Positions 39,299-49,425 of a DNA stretch of 64,000 nt are shown here, piece after piece; the stretch's first letter is position 1, and every line of letters starts with the position of its first letter. Both the position numbers and the translations under genes were made by a program. Origin of the DNA: Spirochaetia bacterium. Lineage in GTDB: Bacteria > Spirochaetota > Spirochaetia > CADAEX01. Where the stretch lies: NCBI GenBank assembly GCA_045606105.1, contig JAZURI010000003.1, forward strand, positions 1 through 64,000. Direction: 5' to 3'. The notes under the pieces are model-generated. The model was not told the DNA's origin. It did no database searches and was given only the letters and a program-made list of their open reading frames with translations.

Positions 39299-40240
39299 AT
39301 GGAAATTGTTCATTATTCTGTATTGAAAAACGAAGTTCTCTCATTCCTTAAGCCTGACAGGCCGGGACAGCTGTTCGTGGACTGTACCACCGGCGAAGGG
39401 GGCCATTCCGAGGCTCTGCTTAAAGCTTATCCCGATATCAGACTTATCTGTCTTGATGCCGATTCCTCCATCATGGGTGTTGCAAAGGAAAGACTGGCCG
39501 GATATTCAGACCGGGTCAGATTCTTCAATACATGGTTCAATCATTTTTTTGCCTCCTATCCTCTCGGTGATGAAAGACCTGACAGGATTCTTTTCGACCT
39601 GGGAATTTCCACATATCACTATGAAAAATCGGGCAGGGGATTCTCCTTCCGCAAGGATGAACCTCTGGATATGCAGCTGGGAAGCGACCTGAGAACAGGA
39701 GCCGGTGATCTGGTAAACACTCTCAGTGCCGAAAAGCTGGCAGACATTATCTACAGATTCGGTGAGGAGCGTTATTCAAGGCGTATTGCCAGAGCTGTGG
39801 AAGAGGCCCGTAAGACAGAAGAGATCAGAACTTCCGCAGCCCTTGCGGATATAGTATACAGAGCGGTACCTGAAGCATACAGGCACGGAAAGATCCATCC
39901 TGCCACAAGAACCTTCCAGGCACTCCGCATTGCAGTGAACAGCGAGCTGACAAGGCTGCCTGAGGCCCTTGACAAGGCTCTGGAAATCCTTGCACCCGGC
40001 GGAAAGATGGGTGTCATAACATTTCATTCCCTGGAAGACAGGATCGTGAAGCAGTTCTTCAAGGAGAAGGAAAAGGATTGTATCTGTCCTCAGGAAGCAC
40101 CGAGATGTACCTGCGGCCGGAATCACAGGCAGGTGAACATAATCACAAAGCATCCTGTGGTACCGGGCGAAGAGGAAATCAGGGAAAATTCCGCATCCAG
40201 AAGCTCCAAGCTGAGAGTGGCGGAAAAGGTGGCCGTATGA
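39299..40240 (+). CDS. rsmH: 16S rRNA m4C1402 methyltransferase
   Basis: HYSVL, DCT.GEGGHS, DLGIS, HPATRTFQALRIAVN, FHSLEDR. Confidence 0.97.
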   Translation: MEIVHYSVLKNEVLSFLKPDRPGQLFVDCTTGEGGHSEALLKAYPDIRLICLDADSSIMGVAKERLAGYSDRVRFFNTWFNHFFASYPLGDERPDRILFDLGISTYHYEKSGRGFSFRKDEPLDMQLGSDLRTGAGDLVNTLSAEKLADIIYRFGEERYSRRIARAVEEARKTEEIRTSAALADIVYRAVPEAYRHGKIHPATRTFQALRIAVNSELTRLPEALDKALEILAPGGKMGVITFHSLEDRIVKQFFKEKEKDCICPQEAPRCTCGRNHRQVNIITKHPVVPGEEEIRENSASRSSKLRVAEKVAV

Positions 40241-40536
40241 AGAAACACAGAGGATTTGTAATCATAGGAATGGTAATGGTCCTGGTGGGAATGTTTGCAA
40301 TAAATGTTTACCAGGGATACAGATATGAGCGTTCTCATTTTGTTGCCAGAATGAATGAGAATGAACAGGAAAAATGGTTTGAGAAAAACAAGGAGATGCT
40401 GTCGGTGCTTTCGGTAATGAATCAGAATGTCAGTTCGGCAGCATCTGAAATGGGTTTGTCCGGAACAAGGCCGGGACAGACGATACTGATTGAAACAGGG
40501 AGCCGTGAAGAATCGAATGGAGAGTGGAAAGAATGA
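40237..40536 (+). CDS. ftsL: Cell division protein FtsL-like
   Basis: Short basic N-terminus, single TM and coiled coil; position after rsmH with ATGA coupling. Confidence 0.65.
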   Translation: MKKHRGFVIIGMVMVLVGMFAINVYQGYRYERSHFVARMNENEQEKWFEKNKEMLSVLSVMNQNVSSAASEMGLSGTRPGQTILIETGSREESNGEWKE

Positions 40537-41917
40537 TATAGCTCTTTCCGTAGATGAAATAGTTAGGGTAGCAGCTGCAAGGCTACTGTCTTCTGGGGAG
40601 GGGACTGCTTTTTCAAACATCTGTACAGACTCAAGGGATGCCTCATCGGGTTCAATCTTCTTTGCTTTGAAGGGGGAAAGGACTGATGGGCATAACTATA
40701 TCCGTTCCGCAGTGGCAAACGGGGCTTCACTCTGTGTAATCGATCACCTGACTCCTGAAATCGAGGATATCGCCGGAAAAAACGAATGTGCGGTGGTGCT
40801 GACGGAAAATTCTCTCACAGCGCTCCAGAAGCTGGCCGCATATTACAGACGGAAGTTCCGGGATATAACCATAGTCGGAATCACGGGCAGCAGCGGCAAG
40901 ACCACCACAAAGGAGCTTACTGCGGCAGTTCTTTCACAGCTGGGTGAAACTGTTTACACAAAGGGAAACCTTAATTCTGAAATCGGGCTTCCGTGCTCTG
41001 TTTTCAGCATCAGGCCTCATCACAGGTACGGTGTTTTCGAGATGGGAATAAACCATTTCGGAGAGATGGATATCCTGGTTGATGTGCTGCAGCCACAGAT
41101 CGGTATCATCACAAACATCGGAACAGCCCATATCGGTATCCTGGGCTCCAGGGACAATATTGCGGCGGAAAAGGGAAAGCTCTTTTCTGCAAATCCGGCT
41201 CTTGAAAAAGGGTTTATTTCGGAAAATGACGACTATTACGGAACCCTGTCGGAAATGTGCGGCAGGGAAAAGGCTGAGGGATTCGGATGCTCAATGGCAG
41301 AGAACCTTTCCCTTGCCGGAACAAATGGCTCCTCCTTTACCTTCGGTAAGGAAAAAATAGATTTCCCCCTGGTGGGAAAATACAACGTGTGCAATGCAAT
41401 GGCTGCGGCTGCGGTCGGGAAATATCTGGGTGCTTCGGACCTTCAGATCAGGAAGGCTCTGGAAAATGCTCCGGTTCTTTCCCGCCGCGGGGAAATCTGC
41501 GAAGCTGAAGGTGTTTCCATACTCTGCGACTGCTACAATGCCAATCTTGAAGCGGTAAAGGCAGTTATCGGTTTTGCCGGAACCATGGCTGACAGGCACA
41601 GGCTGGTATTTGTTATCGGTTCACTGCTGGAGCTGGGAGATGCATCCCGGGATATCCACCGTGAAATCGGAACCGAGCTGGGAAAAAGCAATGCTGCCGG
41701 AATCTTTCTTTTCGGCAAGGAGACCGAGGGAGCTGAAGAGGGACTTGCCGGTGCGGCTGGCATAAGTATTTTCAGGACAGAGGATTATGCTGAACTGGAA
41801 GCAGCTGTATGCAGCTTTGTAAAGGCCGGGGATCTGGTGGTGGTTAAGGGTTCCAGAGGAATGGAGCTGGAACGGATAGTAAATAAATTGAAGGACAGAG
41901 GAATAGATAATGTTTAA
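40517..41917 (+). CDS. murF: UDP-MurNAc-tripeptide--D-Ala-D-Ala ligase
   Basis: TDSR, GITGSSGKTTTK, EMGINH.GE, DCYNAN, VKGSRGM.LE. Confidence 0.96.
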   Translation: MESGKNDIALSVDEIVRVAAARLLSSGEGTAFSNICTDSRDASSGSIFFALKGERTDGHNYIRSAVANGASLCVIDHLTPEIEDIAGKNECAVVLTENSLTALQKLAAYYRRKFRDITIVGITGSSGKTTTKELTAAVLSQLGETVYTKGNLNSEIGLPCSVFSIRPHHRYGVFEMGINHFGEMDILVDVLQPQIGIITNIGTAHIGILGSRDNIAAEKGKLFSANPALEKGFISENDDYYGTLSEMCGREKAEGFGCSMAENLSLAGTNGSSFTFGKEKIDFPLVGKYNVCNAMAAAAVGKYLGASDLQIRKALENAPVLSRRGEICEAEGVSILCDCYNANLEAVKAVIGFAGTMADRHRLVFVIGSLLELGDASRDIHREIGTELGKSNAAGIFLFGKETEGAEEGLAGAAGISIFRTEDYAELEAAVCSFVKAGDLVVVKGSRGMELERIVNKLKDRGIDNV

Positions 41918-42968
41918 GGAACTTGCTTCTCAGCTTAATATTTTCAAATATATAACCTTCAGGGCTTCCTATGCGGCGGTGACTGCCCTGGTTCTGGCCC
42001 TGGTTCTGGGACCTCTGGTTATCAGATGGCTTAAAAAGGAAAAGATGGGACAGGTGGTCAGGGATGACGGTCCAAAGACCCATAAGGTGAAATCGGGAAC
42101 TCCTACCATGGGAGGAATCTTTATTATTGCTGCAATAGTGATGTCGGTTCTCATGTGGCAGGATCTCCGTAACGGATATACATGGATTACTCTGCTGGCA
42201 ATCCTGGGCTTCGGCGCCATCGGTTTTGCAGACGATTACCTGAAATTCTCGCTGAAGAATACCACCGGCCTGAAGGCAAGCTACAAGATGGCGGCTCAGC
42301 TGGTTGTATCTGCAGCCATAGTACTTTTCATCTATTTCAACAGAAACGAAAATACCACGCTTCTTTATCTCCCTTTCTGCAAGTATCCGATCCTGGACCT
42401 CTCCTGGATGTACATTCCTTTCGGAATCATAATTCTGGTAGGTGCTTCCAATGCCGTTAACCTGACAGACGGTCTCGACGGACTGGCCATCGGTCTGGTT
42501 TTCCTGGTGGGAATAGCATTTGCAATCCTGGCCTACATCACCGGAAGAGCCGATTATGCAGAATATCTCAGGATTCCTTACATCCAGGGTGCCGGGGAGC
42601 TTACTGTTCTCAGTCTGGCCATAGTGGGTGCCTCCATCGGATTCCTCTGGTTCAACTGTCATCCTGCTGAGGTAATGATGGGCGATACCGGAAGCCTTTC
42701 ACTGGGCGGTATCATCGGTCTGCTGGCAATTCTTCTGAAGAAAGAAATTCTCCTGATTCTTATCGGAGGGGTTTTCGTTATTGAGGCCCTTTCAGTAATT
42801 ATTCAGGTAATTTCATATAAGACAAGAAAAAAGAGAGTTTTCCTCATGGCTCCTCTGCATCATCATTTTGAGCAGAAGGGATGGAAGGAAACCAAGGTTG
42901 TGACACGCTTCTGGATTCTCGGAGGATTGTTTGTGATATTCAGTCTTTCGACCCTGAAGATTCAGTAA
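41910..42968 (+). CDS. mraY: Phospho-N-acetylmuramoyl-pentapeptide transferase
   Basis: K.GTPTMGG, DD, NAVNLTDGLDGLA, MGDTGS, MAPLHHHFE. Confidence 0.98.
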   Translation: MFKELASQLNIFKYITFRASYAAVTALVLALVLGPLVIRWLKKEKMGQVVRDDGPKTHKVKSGTPTMGGIFIIAAIVMSVLMWQDLRNGYTWITLLAILGFGAIGFADDYLKFSLKNTTGLKASYKMAAQLVVSAAIVLFIYFNRNENTTLLYLPFCKYPILDLSWMYIPFGIIILVGASNAVNLTDGLDGLAIGLVFLVGIAFAILAYITGRADYAEYLRIPYIQGAGELTVLSLAIVGASIGFLWFNCHPAEVMMGDTGSLSLGGIIGLLAILLKKEILLILIGGVFVIEALSVIIQVISYKTRKKRVFLMAPLHHHFEQKGWKETKVVTRFWILGGLFVIFSLSTLKIQ

Positions 42969-42979
42969 ACGGGAGAAAT

Positions 42980-44095
42980 ATGGTAAAATCGTGGTTTGAT
43001 GCATATAAAAGAGGCTCATGTGATATCTTCCTGCTGGCAGTGATTCTTCTGCTGGCAGGTTGCGGTATATGCATGCTCTTTTCAGTTTCCTATCTCAATG
43101 CCATAGCTGATGACAGGGCAGCAAACCATTATCTGATGAATCAGCTTACAGGCTTTGCGTTAGGTGCCGGCGCGGCAGCTTTCTTGGCAAACATATCCCT
43201 CAATATAGTCAGGAAACTTATCCCTGCAGTTGCTGTTTTCTGTATTGTGCTGAATATTCTTCCTGTTTTTTATCCTGAAATAAACGGTGCAAGAAGATGG
43301 ATCTTCATTCCGGGGCTTTCTTCCCTGCAGCCTTCCGAATTCCTTAAATGTGCGGTTATCCTGTATCTTGCCTGGAATTTCATGAAAATGGCAAAGAAGC
43401 AGAGTGCCAATTATGCACACTCCATATGTATTGCTGTTGTAAGCATGATAATCGTGTTCTTTATACAGAGCGACCTCTCCACATGTCTTTTCATATTTGC
43501 CCTTTGTTTTTCAATGATGGCTGTTTCACAGCTGAAGACCAGATGGGTAATACTTGCGGGAATAATTATCCTGGTACTGCTGCTTGCTGTTGTATTGACC
43601 GGAGACAGATACAGAATGGAAAGAATTGTCGGCCACATGAACCAGAGCGAGAATACAAAGGCCGAAAACTTCCAGATTTCTGCTTCCAAGAATGCAATAA
43701 GCTCAGGCGGTATCTGGGGCCGCGGAATAGGAAACGGTATATACAAGAACGAGGGCAGACTGCCGGAAGCAAAGTCAGACTTCATCTTTGCGGTAACCGG
43801 GGAGGAGCTGGGTTTTATCGGCGTTTTCTGCATCATAGCATGTTTCGTTTTCTTTGCGGTAAGGGGATATATGGGGGCATGTCTGGCCACAGATCCTTTC
43901 TGTTTCTATGTGGCATTCGGAATCACCACCTGTATTTTCTTTCAAGCTCTTATAAATATTACGGTTGTATCAGGTCTTCTGCCTGTTACAGGAATTCCTC
44001 TCCCTTTCTTTTCCCAGGGAGGGTCATCAATGGTTATAACCATGATAATGTGCGGACTTCTTCTGAATGTGACCCGCAGGGAAATCGGAGGCTAA
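42980..44095 (+). CDS. ftsW: SEDS peptidoglycan glycosyltransferase FtsW
   Basis: NGARRW, QPSEF.K, LPEA.SDFIF...GEELG, P.TGIPLPF.S.GGSS. Confidence 0.93.
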   Translation: MVKSWFDAYKRGSCDIFLLAVILLLAGCGICMLFSVSYLNAIADDRAANHYLMNQLTGFALGAGAAAFLANISLNIVRKLIPAVAVFCIVLNILPVFYPEINGARRWIFIPGLSSLQPSEFLKCAVILYLAWNFMKMAKKQSANYAHSICIAVVSMIIVFFIQSDLSTCLFIFALCFSMMAVSQLKTRWVILAGIIILVLLLAVVLTGDRYRMERIVGHMNQSENTKAENFQISASKNAISSGGIWGRGIGNGIYKNEGRLPEAKSDFIFAVTGEELGFIGVFCIIACFVFFAVRGYMGACLATDPFCFYVAFGITTCIFFQALINITVVSGLLPVTGIPLPFFSQGGSSMVITMIMCGLLLNVTRREIGG

Positions 44096-44099
44096 CGGT

Positions 44100-44933
44100 A
44101 TGAGCAGCAATATAAACATCTTTGCAGGCAACATGAGTGCTTCATTTGAACGCAGTCATAAATTACATAAGAAAGCAACAAAAAAAATCATTCTTTTCAT
44201 ATTTCTCCTGGCTCTTGGGATTGCAGTCATTGAGGCTGCATTCATGTTTATCCTGTATCCTAAGCTCTTCATCAGCAGGATTCAGGTGTCGGCATCCTCT
44301 GTCCCTTTTACCGAAAATGAACTGGCAGAACTTTCCGGTATCAGGGGCGGGGAATCTTTTTTCTCCGTTGATACAGAAGCGGCAGAGAACCGGATAATGG
44401 AAAGCGGACTTGTTTCAAGCGTAAGTGTGGAGAAGGTATTTCCTTCAGGAATAAATATTGATGCTGTAGGCAGAGAACCCTTTGCAGTAACTATGATTGA
44501 ATCGGACGGAGTTACGGTTCCTGTGGCTCTGGACCGTGAAGGGGTGGTTTTTCCTCTGCCGGACGGAACAGCCGGTATAAACATGCCGATAATTTCAGGC
44601 ATTACCATGGAAAGCTACGGCATGGGTGCAAAGATCCCTGCCATGTACATACCGTATCTCAGGAATCTTGAACAGATTTACGGAAATGATTCCCGGTTTC
44701 TGGAACAGATTTCCGAAATAAGGTTTCTTGAAAAGACGGGATCCACCTTTGATGTGATTCTGTATCCTACTGAAGGAAACATCAGGATCAGGACCGGGAA
44801 TTCCATTGACAATTCCCTGCTCAGACAGGCTTTCCTGGTTATAGATGTTATGGAAAAGAACGGCCTTTCCTCCGAGACCGAAGAGCTCGATTTCAGGAAC
44901 GGCAGAGTTGTTTATAAGGTTAAGGAGGGTTGA
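44100..44933 (+). CDS. ftsQ: Cell division protein FtsQ/DivIB
   Basis: Single TM plus POTRA (V.K.FP), C-terminal LDFR; position before ftsA. Confidence 0.85.
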   Translation: MSSNINIFAGNMSASFERSHKLHKKATKKIILFIFLLALGIAVIEAAFMFILYPKLFISRIQVSASSVPFTENELAELSGIRGGESFFSVDTEAAENRIMESGLVSSVSVEKVFPSGINIDAVGREPFAVTMIESDGVTVPVALDREGVVFPLPDGTAGINMPIISGITMESYGMGAKIPAMYIPYLRNLEQIYGNDSRFLEQISEIRFLEKTGSTFDVILYPTEGNIRIRTGNSIDNSLLRQAFLVIDVMEKNGLSSETEELDFRNGRVVYKVKEG

Positions 44934-46243
44934 CCTTGGCTAATGAAGAATTAATGGTTGGAATTGATATAGGCAGTTCAAGGATTGCAGTGGTTGTGGG
45001 CGAGAAAGGGGAGGACTATGACGGAAATCCTGTTCTCAGCATCATAGGTGCAGGTGAAGCTGTTTCCGACGGTGTCAGGGATGGCATCATCGTGAATATT
45101 GAAAAAACAGTCAGCCGCATCAAGGAGGCGGTGAAGTCGGCGGAAGAGATGTCGGATTGTGATATCGAGGTTATGAACTGCGGTATCGGAGGTATTCATA
45201 TCCGAGGTTTCAATTCTCCGGGAGTAGCTCCGGTTACCGGCGGAAAATCCGGAACTGAAAGGGAAGTATCGAAAAATGACATGAAGGCAGCCTGTAATTC
45301 AGCGGCTGCAGTTTCCCTGAACAACGGAGAGATGCAGTTGTGTACCATTCCTCTGTATTACAAGCTGGATGGTAATGACTGCAGGATTCTGGAGCCGGAA
45401 AACATGCTCTGCAGCCGTCTGGAGGCCGAGGTGCATATTATCACAGCAAAGGAATCTGCGGTAAAGAACCTGACTCACAGCATTACAAAGGCAGGGTATA
45501 CCATCAAGGCAAAAGCTCCTTCTGTTCTTGCAACCTGCATGGCGGTCTTTTCGGAAGAGGAAAAAAAGGGAGGAATTCTTCTTGTAGATATCGGTGCAGA
45601 TGTAACAAGCTTTGCGGTAAGTGTGGATAATGTTCCGTATTGTACAGCGGCTGTGGGTATGGGAAGCAGATACATTACTTCGGATATCTCCAAGGTTCTC
45701 GGTATCCCTTTGAATATTGCCGAGGAAATAAAGAAAAATGACGGTATCTGTCATGAAATTTACCTGCAGGAAGGAAAGGAGATAGTCCTTCCGATCAGCT
45801 GCGGTGTCCTTGCAGACAAGGCGATAAAGTGCAGTGAGGTATGTGAAATAATCCAGGCCCGTCTCTGGGAGATCTTCATGGAAATCGGAAGCATTCTGGA
45901 AACAGAAAATCAGCTTGAAAACATAAACGGCGGAATCATTTTCACCGGCGGCGGATCTCTTGTTCCCGGAATTTGTGAGCTTGCATACGAGTGTTTCGGA
46001 ATACAGGCAAGGGTAGGATTGCCGATCGGGTTTGAAGACCACACCGGCGGCAGGGTAAACAGTCCCGGGTATGCAGTGGCTCTCGGACTTGTCAAAGGGG
46101 AATATGACAATCTGGTCAGCTCCGGACAGGAACAGAAAAAAATAAAGAATCCTATCCGTCTGAAGAAAAAAGAAAAAACTCCGAAGGAAGGAAAAAAGAA
46201 CCCGGTGAAGGAGTTTTTAAAAGGTTTCTTTACTGAAGATTAA
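44930..46243 (+). CDS. ftsA: Cell division protein FtsA
   Basis: GIDIGSS, VDIGA..T, TGGGS, amphipathic C-terminus. Confidence 0.95.
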   Translation: MTLANEELMVGIDIGSSRIAVVVGEKGEDYDGNPVLSIIGAGEAVSDGVRDGIIVNIEKTVSRIKEAVKSAEEMSDCDIEVMNCGIGGIHIRGFNSPGVAPVTGGKSGTEREVSKNDMKAACNSAAAVSLNNGEMQLCTIPLYYKLDGNDCRILEPENMLCSRLEAEVHIITAKESAVKNLTHSITKAGYTIKAKAPSVLATCMAVFSEEEKKGGILLVDIGADVTSFAVSVDNVPYCTAAVGMGSRYITSDISKVLGIPLNIAEEIKKNDGICHEIYLQEGKEIVLPISCGVLADKAIKCSEVCEIIQARLWEIFMEIGSILETENQLENINGGIIFTGGGSLVPGICELAYECFGIQARVGLPIGFEDHTGGRVNSPGYAVALGLVKGEYDNLVSSGQEQKKIKNPIRLKKKEKTPKEGKKNPVKEFLKGFFTED

Positions 46244-46267
46244 AGTTATTCAAACTGGGAGGGAAGA

Positions 46268-47479
46268 ATGACATTTGACAGCGTAGAACTTATAGAAGAT
46301 GAAATCAGAAAAGGTAAAGCAGAAATAAAGATTATCGGAATCGGCGGCGGCGGATGCAATGCCGTGAACCGTATGATTGAATCAGGGCTGGGAGAAGGGG
46401 TCCTTTTCATTGCGGCAAATACAGACCGTCAGGCCCTTGATGTATCCCTTGCAGAACTTAAGCTTCCTTTGGGTGAAAATCTTACCCACGGTCTCGGAGC
46501 CGGCGGAATCCCGGAAATCGGTGAAAAGGCAGCAAATGAAAACAAACAGGAAATAAAAGCGATTCTTGAAGGGGCGGATATGGTTTTCATCACTGCAGGA
46601 ATGGGCGGCGGAACCGGAACCGGCGGTGCCCCTGTGGTTGCAGAGATAGCCAAGGAGCTGGGAATCCTTACTGTTGCGGTAGTTACAACTCCGTTCCTGG
46701 TGGAAGGTACCGTAAAGGAAAGATATGCACAGGAAGGAATCAGTAAGCTCCGTGAAAGGGTAGATACACTTATCATTATTCCTAACGAGAATCTTTTCAA
46801 ATATCTTGACCCGAATACACCTCTGACCGAGGCCTTCAAGATGGCAGATGATACCCTCAGACAGAGTATCCTGGGTATTTCCAACCTGATTACCGGAAAC
46901 GGTGTAATAAATGTGGATTTTGCCGATGTAAAGACAACCATGAAGGACCGGGGTGATGCCGTTATAGGTATCGGTGAAGGTCATGGCGAAAACAAGGCAG
47001 TCGAGGCCATCAACAATGCCATCCATAACAAGCTTATTCAGGATATATCCATTGACGGAGCTACAAATGTTCTTGTAGGAATTACATCCGGTACAGATTT
47101 CACCACACAGGAATTCAAGACAATCCTCAGCCAGGTAAATGAAAAAACAGCCCGTGATGCCCACATTATCCACTCTCAGATGACTGATGAAAAGATGAAT
47201 GACAGCGTTGAGGTAACAATCATAGCTACCGGCTGTTCCGGAAAAAAGCTTTCCGAATCCAAAGCAGCAGTTGTTGAAGCACCTGCAGCTGAAGAGACAG
47301 CTCCTGAGGTACAGGCTGTTCCGGAACCGGAGCCTGAAGCACCTGTAACCGAGACCCGGAAGCCGGAACCTGTAAGAATTCCGGATATGAAGGGCTCCGC
47401 AAGGAACAACAATATCGAAATCCCGGCAATCAAAAGGGGCTTCGGCGAAATCATGAAAAAAATGCGCAAGGGGAACTGA
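46268..47479 (+). CDS. ftsZ: Cell division protein FtsZ
   Basis: GGGGCNAV, GMGGGTGTG tubulin signature, NVDFADV, C-terminal IEIPA. Confidence 0.99.
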   Translation: MTFDSVELIEDEIRKGKAEIKIIGIGGGGCNAVNRMIESGLGEGVLFIAANTDRQALDVSLAELKLPLGENLTHGLGAGGIPEIGEKAANENKQEIKAILEGADMVFITAGMGGGTGTGGAPVVAEIAKELGILTVAVVTTPFLVEGTVKERYAQEGISKLRERVDTLIIIPNENLFKYLDPNTPLTEAFKMADDTLRQSILGISNLITGNGVINVDFADVKTTMKDRGDAVIGIGEGHGENKAVEAINNAIHNKLIQDISIDGATNVLVGITSGTDFTTQEFKTILSQVNEKTARDAHIIHSQMTDEKMNDSVEVTIIATGCSGKKLSESKAAVVEAPAAEETAPEVQAVPEPEPEAPVTETRKPEPVRIPDMKGSARNNNIEIPAIKRGFGEIMKKMRKGN

Positions 47480-48369
47480 TGATTGATCTGAAAAAGACTG
47501 CAGTCTGCTACGAGGATTATCTTATAAGCGAGCTCAACCTTTCTGCCGCCACCATAGAAATATACAGGCGGGAAACCGGTATGTTCTTCAGCTATCTTGA
47601 AAAAGGCAGCAGTCAACTTTCGGAAATTTCATCTTCAGACATAGAAAATTATCTGAAATACAGGACTGAAAAGGATTCCCTCTCCGCAAGGACAACAGCC
47701 AGGATCATGAGCTCTCTCCGTTCATTGTTCCGGTTCCTGCAGCTTGAGGATGTAAGAAAGGATAATCCGGTAACCGTACTGGATATGCCTAAGGGAAGTC
47801 ATACATTGCCGAGTGTTTTCAGCAGTGAGGAAATTGAATCCTTTTTCGACAGCATAGATATGGCAAAACCGGCCGGAATCCGCGACAGGGCTCTTTTCGA
47901 GGTAATCTACTCCTGCGGGCTCAGGATTTCGGAGGTGGCAGACCTTAAATGCTCCGATATTTACGGCGAAGAGGGTCTGATACGTGTTTTCGGCAAGGGA
48001 AGCAAGGAAAGAGTAGTGCCTCTCGGAGAGGTATCTCTTTATTGGATAAACAAATATTTAGAAAATGGAAGAAGAGCTCTTCTTAAAGGGAAGCAGTCTG
48101 AGTATCTTTTTATAAACTGCTTCGGAGAGAAAATAGGAAGAAAGGGTATCTGGAAGAAATTCAAGGAAATTACCGGAAAGGCTGATATGGAAGGAAAGGT
48201 TCACACCCTCAGACATTCATTTGCCACCCATCTTCTGAGAAACGGTGCAGATCTCAGGTCTGTTCAGGAAATGCTGGGACATTCGGATATTTCCACCACC
48301 CAGATATATACACATCTGAACAGAAGCGATCTGCGTAAATATTATAACGAAAATCATCCCGGAGGTTGA
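47479..48369 (+). CDS. xerD: Tyrosine recombinase XerD-like
   Basis: RDRAL.E..YSCGLRISE, GKGSKER, HTLRHSFATH, LGHSDISTTQIY. Confidence 0.9.
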   Translation: MIDLKKTAVCYEDYLISELNLSAATIEIYRRETGMFFSYLEKGSSQLSEISSSDIENYLKYRTEKDSLSARTTARIMSSLRSLFRFLQLEDVRKDNPVTVLDMPKGSHTLPSVFSSEEIESFFDSIDMAKPAGIRDRALFEVIYSCGLRISEVADLKCSDIYGEEGLIRVFGKGSKERVVPLGEVSLYWINKYLENGRRALLKGKQSEYLFINCFGEKIGRKGIWKKFKEITGKADMEGKVHTLRHSFATHLLRNGADLRSVQEMLGHSDISTTQIYTHLNRSDLRKYYNENHPGG

Positions 48370-48417
48370 AGCATAAGGGGCTGAGGAACAGTTATTAATA
48401 ATTGTCGGAGAAAAGAA

Positions 48418-49425
48418 ATGGAAAACAGAGATTACCTGGCATTTGTCATAAAGAACATAAAAGGTCTCAGAGTAACCGAAAGAATTTCCCTCCTCAGCCT
48501 TGTAGAAAAAGAGATGAATCCGGCAGGGTCCGTATCATCGGTCAGGAGTGCAGTTGAAGGCTGTTTCGTAAAAAACAGCACTGTTCTTGAGGATGCATTC
48601 AGAAAGGCTGATGAAGAAACAGCCCTTATGGAAAGAAGCGGAGTGAGCTTTGTATCGGTTTTTGATTCACGGTATCCGGACAGGCTCAGGGAAATATATG
48701 ATCCGCCCCTTATCCTCTATTACAGGGGAACACTTCCGGAAAGCTGTGAAAGGACAGTGGGAGTGGTGGGAACCAGATATGCCTGCGGTACAGCCCTTGA
48801 GGCAGCCTATGATACAGGCTTCGGACTGGGGGTCAACGGCGTGACTGTGGTTTCCGGTCTGGCAGCAGGCATAGACAGGGAAGCCCATCTGGGAAACATT
48901 GATGCAGGTGTAAAGGGAATAGCGGTTCTGGGAAACGGAATCGACATGGTTTACCCTGTGGAAAACAGGAAGCTGGCATACCGTCTTCTTGAAGAGGGCG
49001 GAGTGATTTTCAGTGAATTTGAACCGGGAATCAGGGGAACAAAATATACATTTCCCCGTCGTAACAGGATAATAAGCGGCATTTCTGCAGCTGTGGCCGT
49101 AATCCAGGCGCCTGAAAGGTCGGGTGCACTGATAACAGCCGATTTTGCGGCAGAACAGGGCCGGGAGGTTTTTATACATGAAGCAGGTCTTCCTTTCCGG
49201 GAAGGAAAAGGGGGTCTGGCACTGTGTATGGACGGAGCACCGAGCTTCGCATCTCCGGTGGAACTGGTCAGGGAAATGGGATGGGAGATTCTCAGCCGTG
49301 ACTACAGGTCGGAAAACAGCGGCGCCGATGGTCAGAACTCTCTTGCAGAGTGCGAAATCGAAGGTCTTGCGGTAAATTACCGCGGTACCTATTTTTTAAG
49401 AAACAAGGGGTCAGTTTATGCCTAA
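48418..49425 (+). CDS. dprA: DNA-processing protein DprA/Smf
   Basis: YP..L..IYDPP, VVGTR, VSGLA.GID, FP.RNRIISG, SGALITA. Confidence 0.95.
   Translation: MENRDYLAFVIKNIKGLRVTERISLLSLVEKEMNPAGSVSSVRSAVEGCFVKNSTVLEDAFRKADEETALMERSGVSFVSVFDSRYPDRLREIYDPPLILYYRGTLPESCERTVGVVGTRYACGTALEAAYDTGFGLGVNGVTVVSGLAAGIDREAHLGNIDAGVKGIAVLGNGIDMVYPVENRKLAYRLLEEGGVIFSEFEPGIRGTKYTFPRRNRIISGISAAVAVIQAPERSGALITADFAAEQGREVFIHEAGLPFREGKGGLALCMDGAPSFASPVELVREMGWEILSRDYRSENSGADGQNSLAECEIEGLAVNYRGTYFLRNKGSVYA

Noticed and set aside
38866-47479. dcw cluster lacking ftsI, murE, murD, murG, murC; also no pyrH between tsf and frr
   Set aside because: This reduced order is the usual spirochete arrangement, not a novelty
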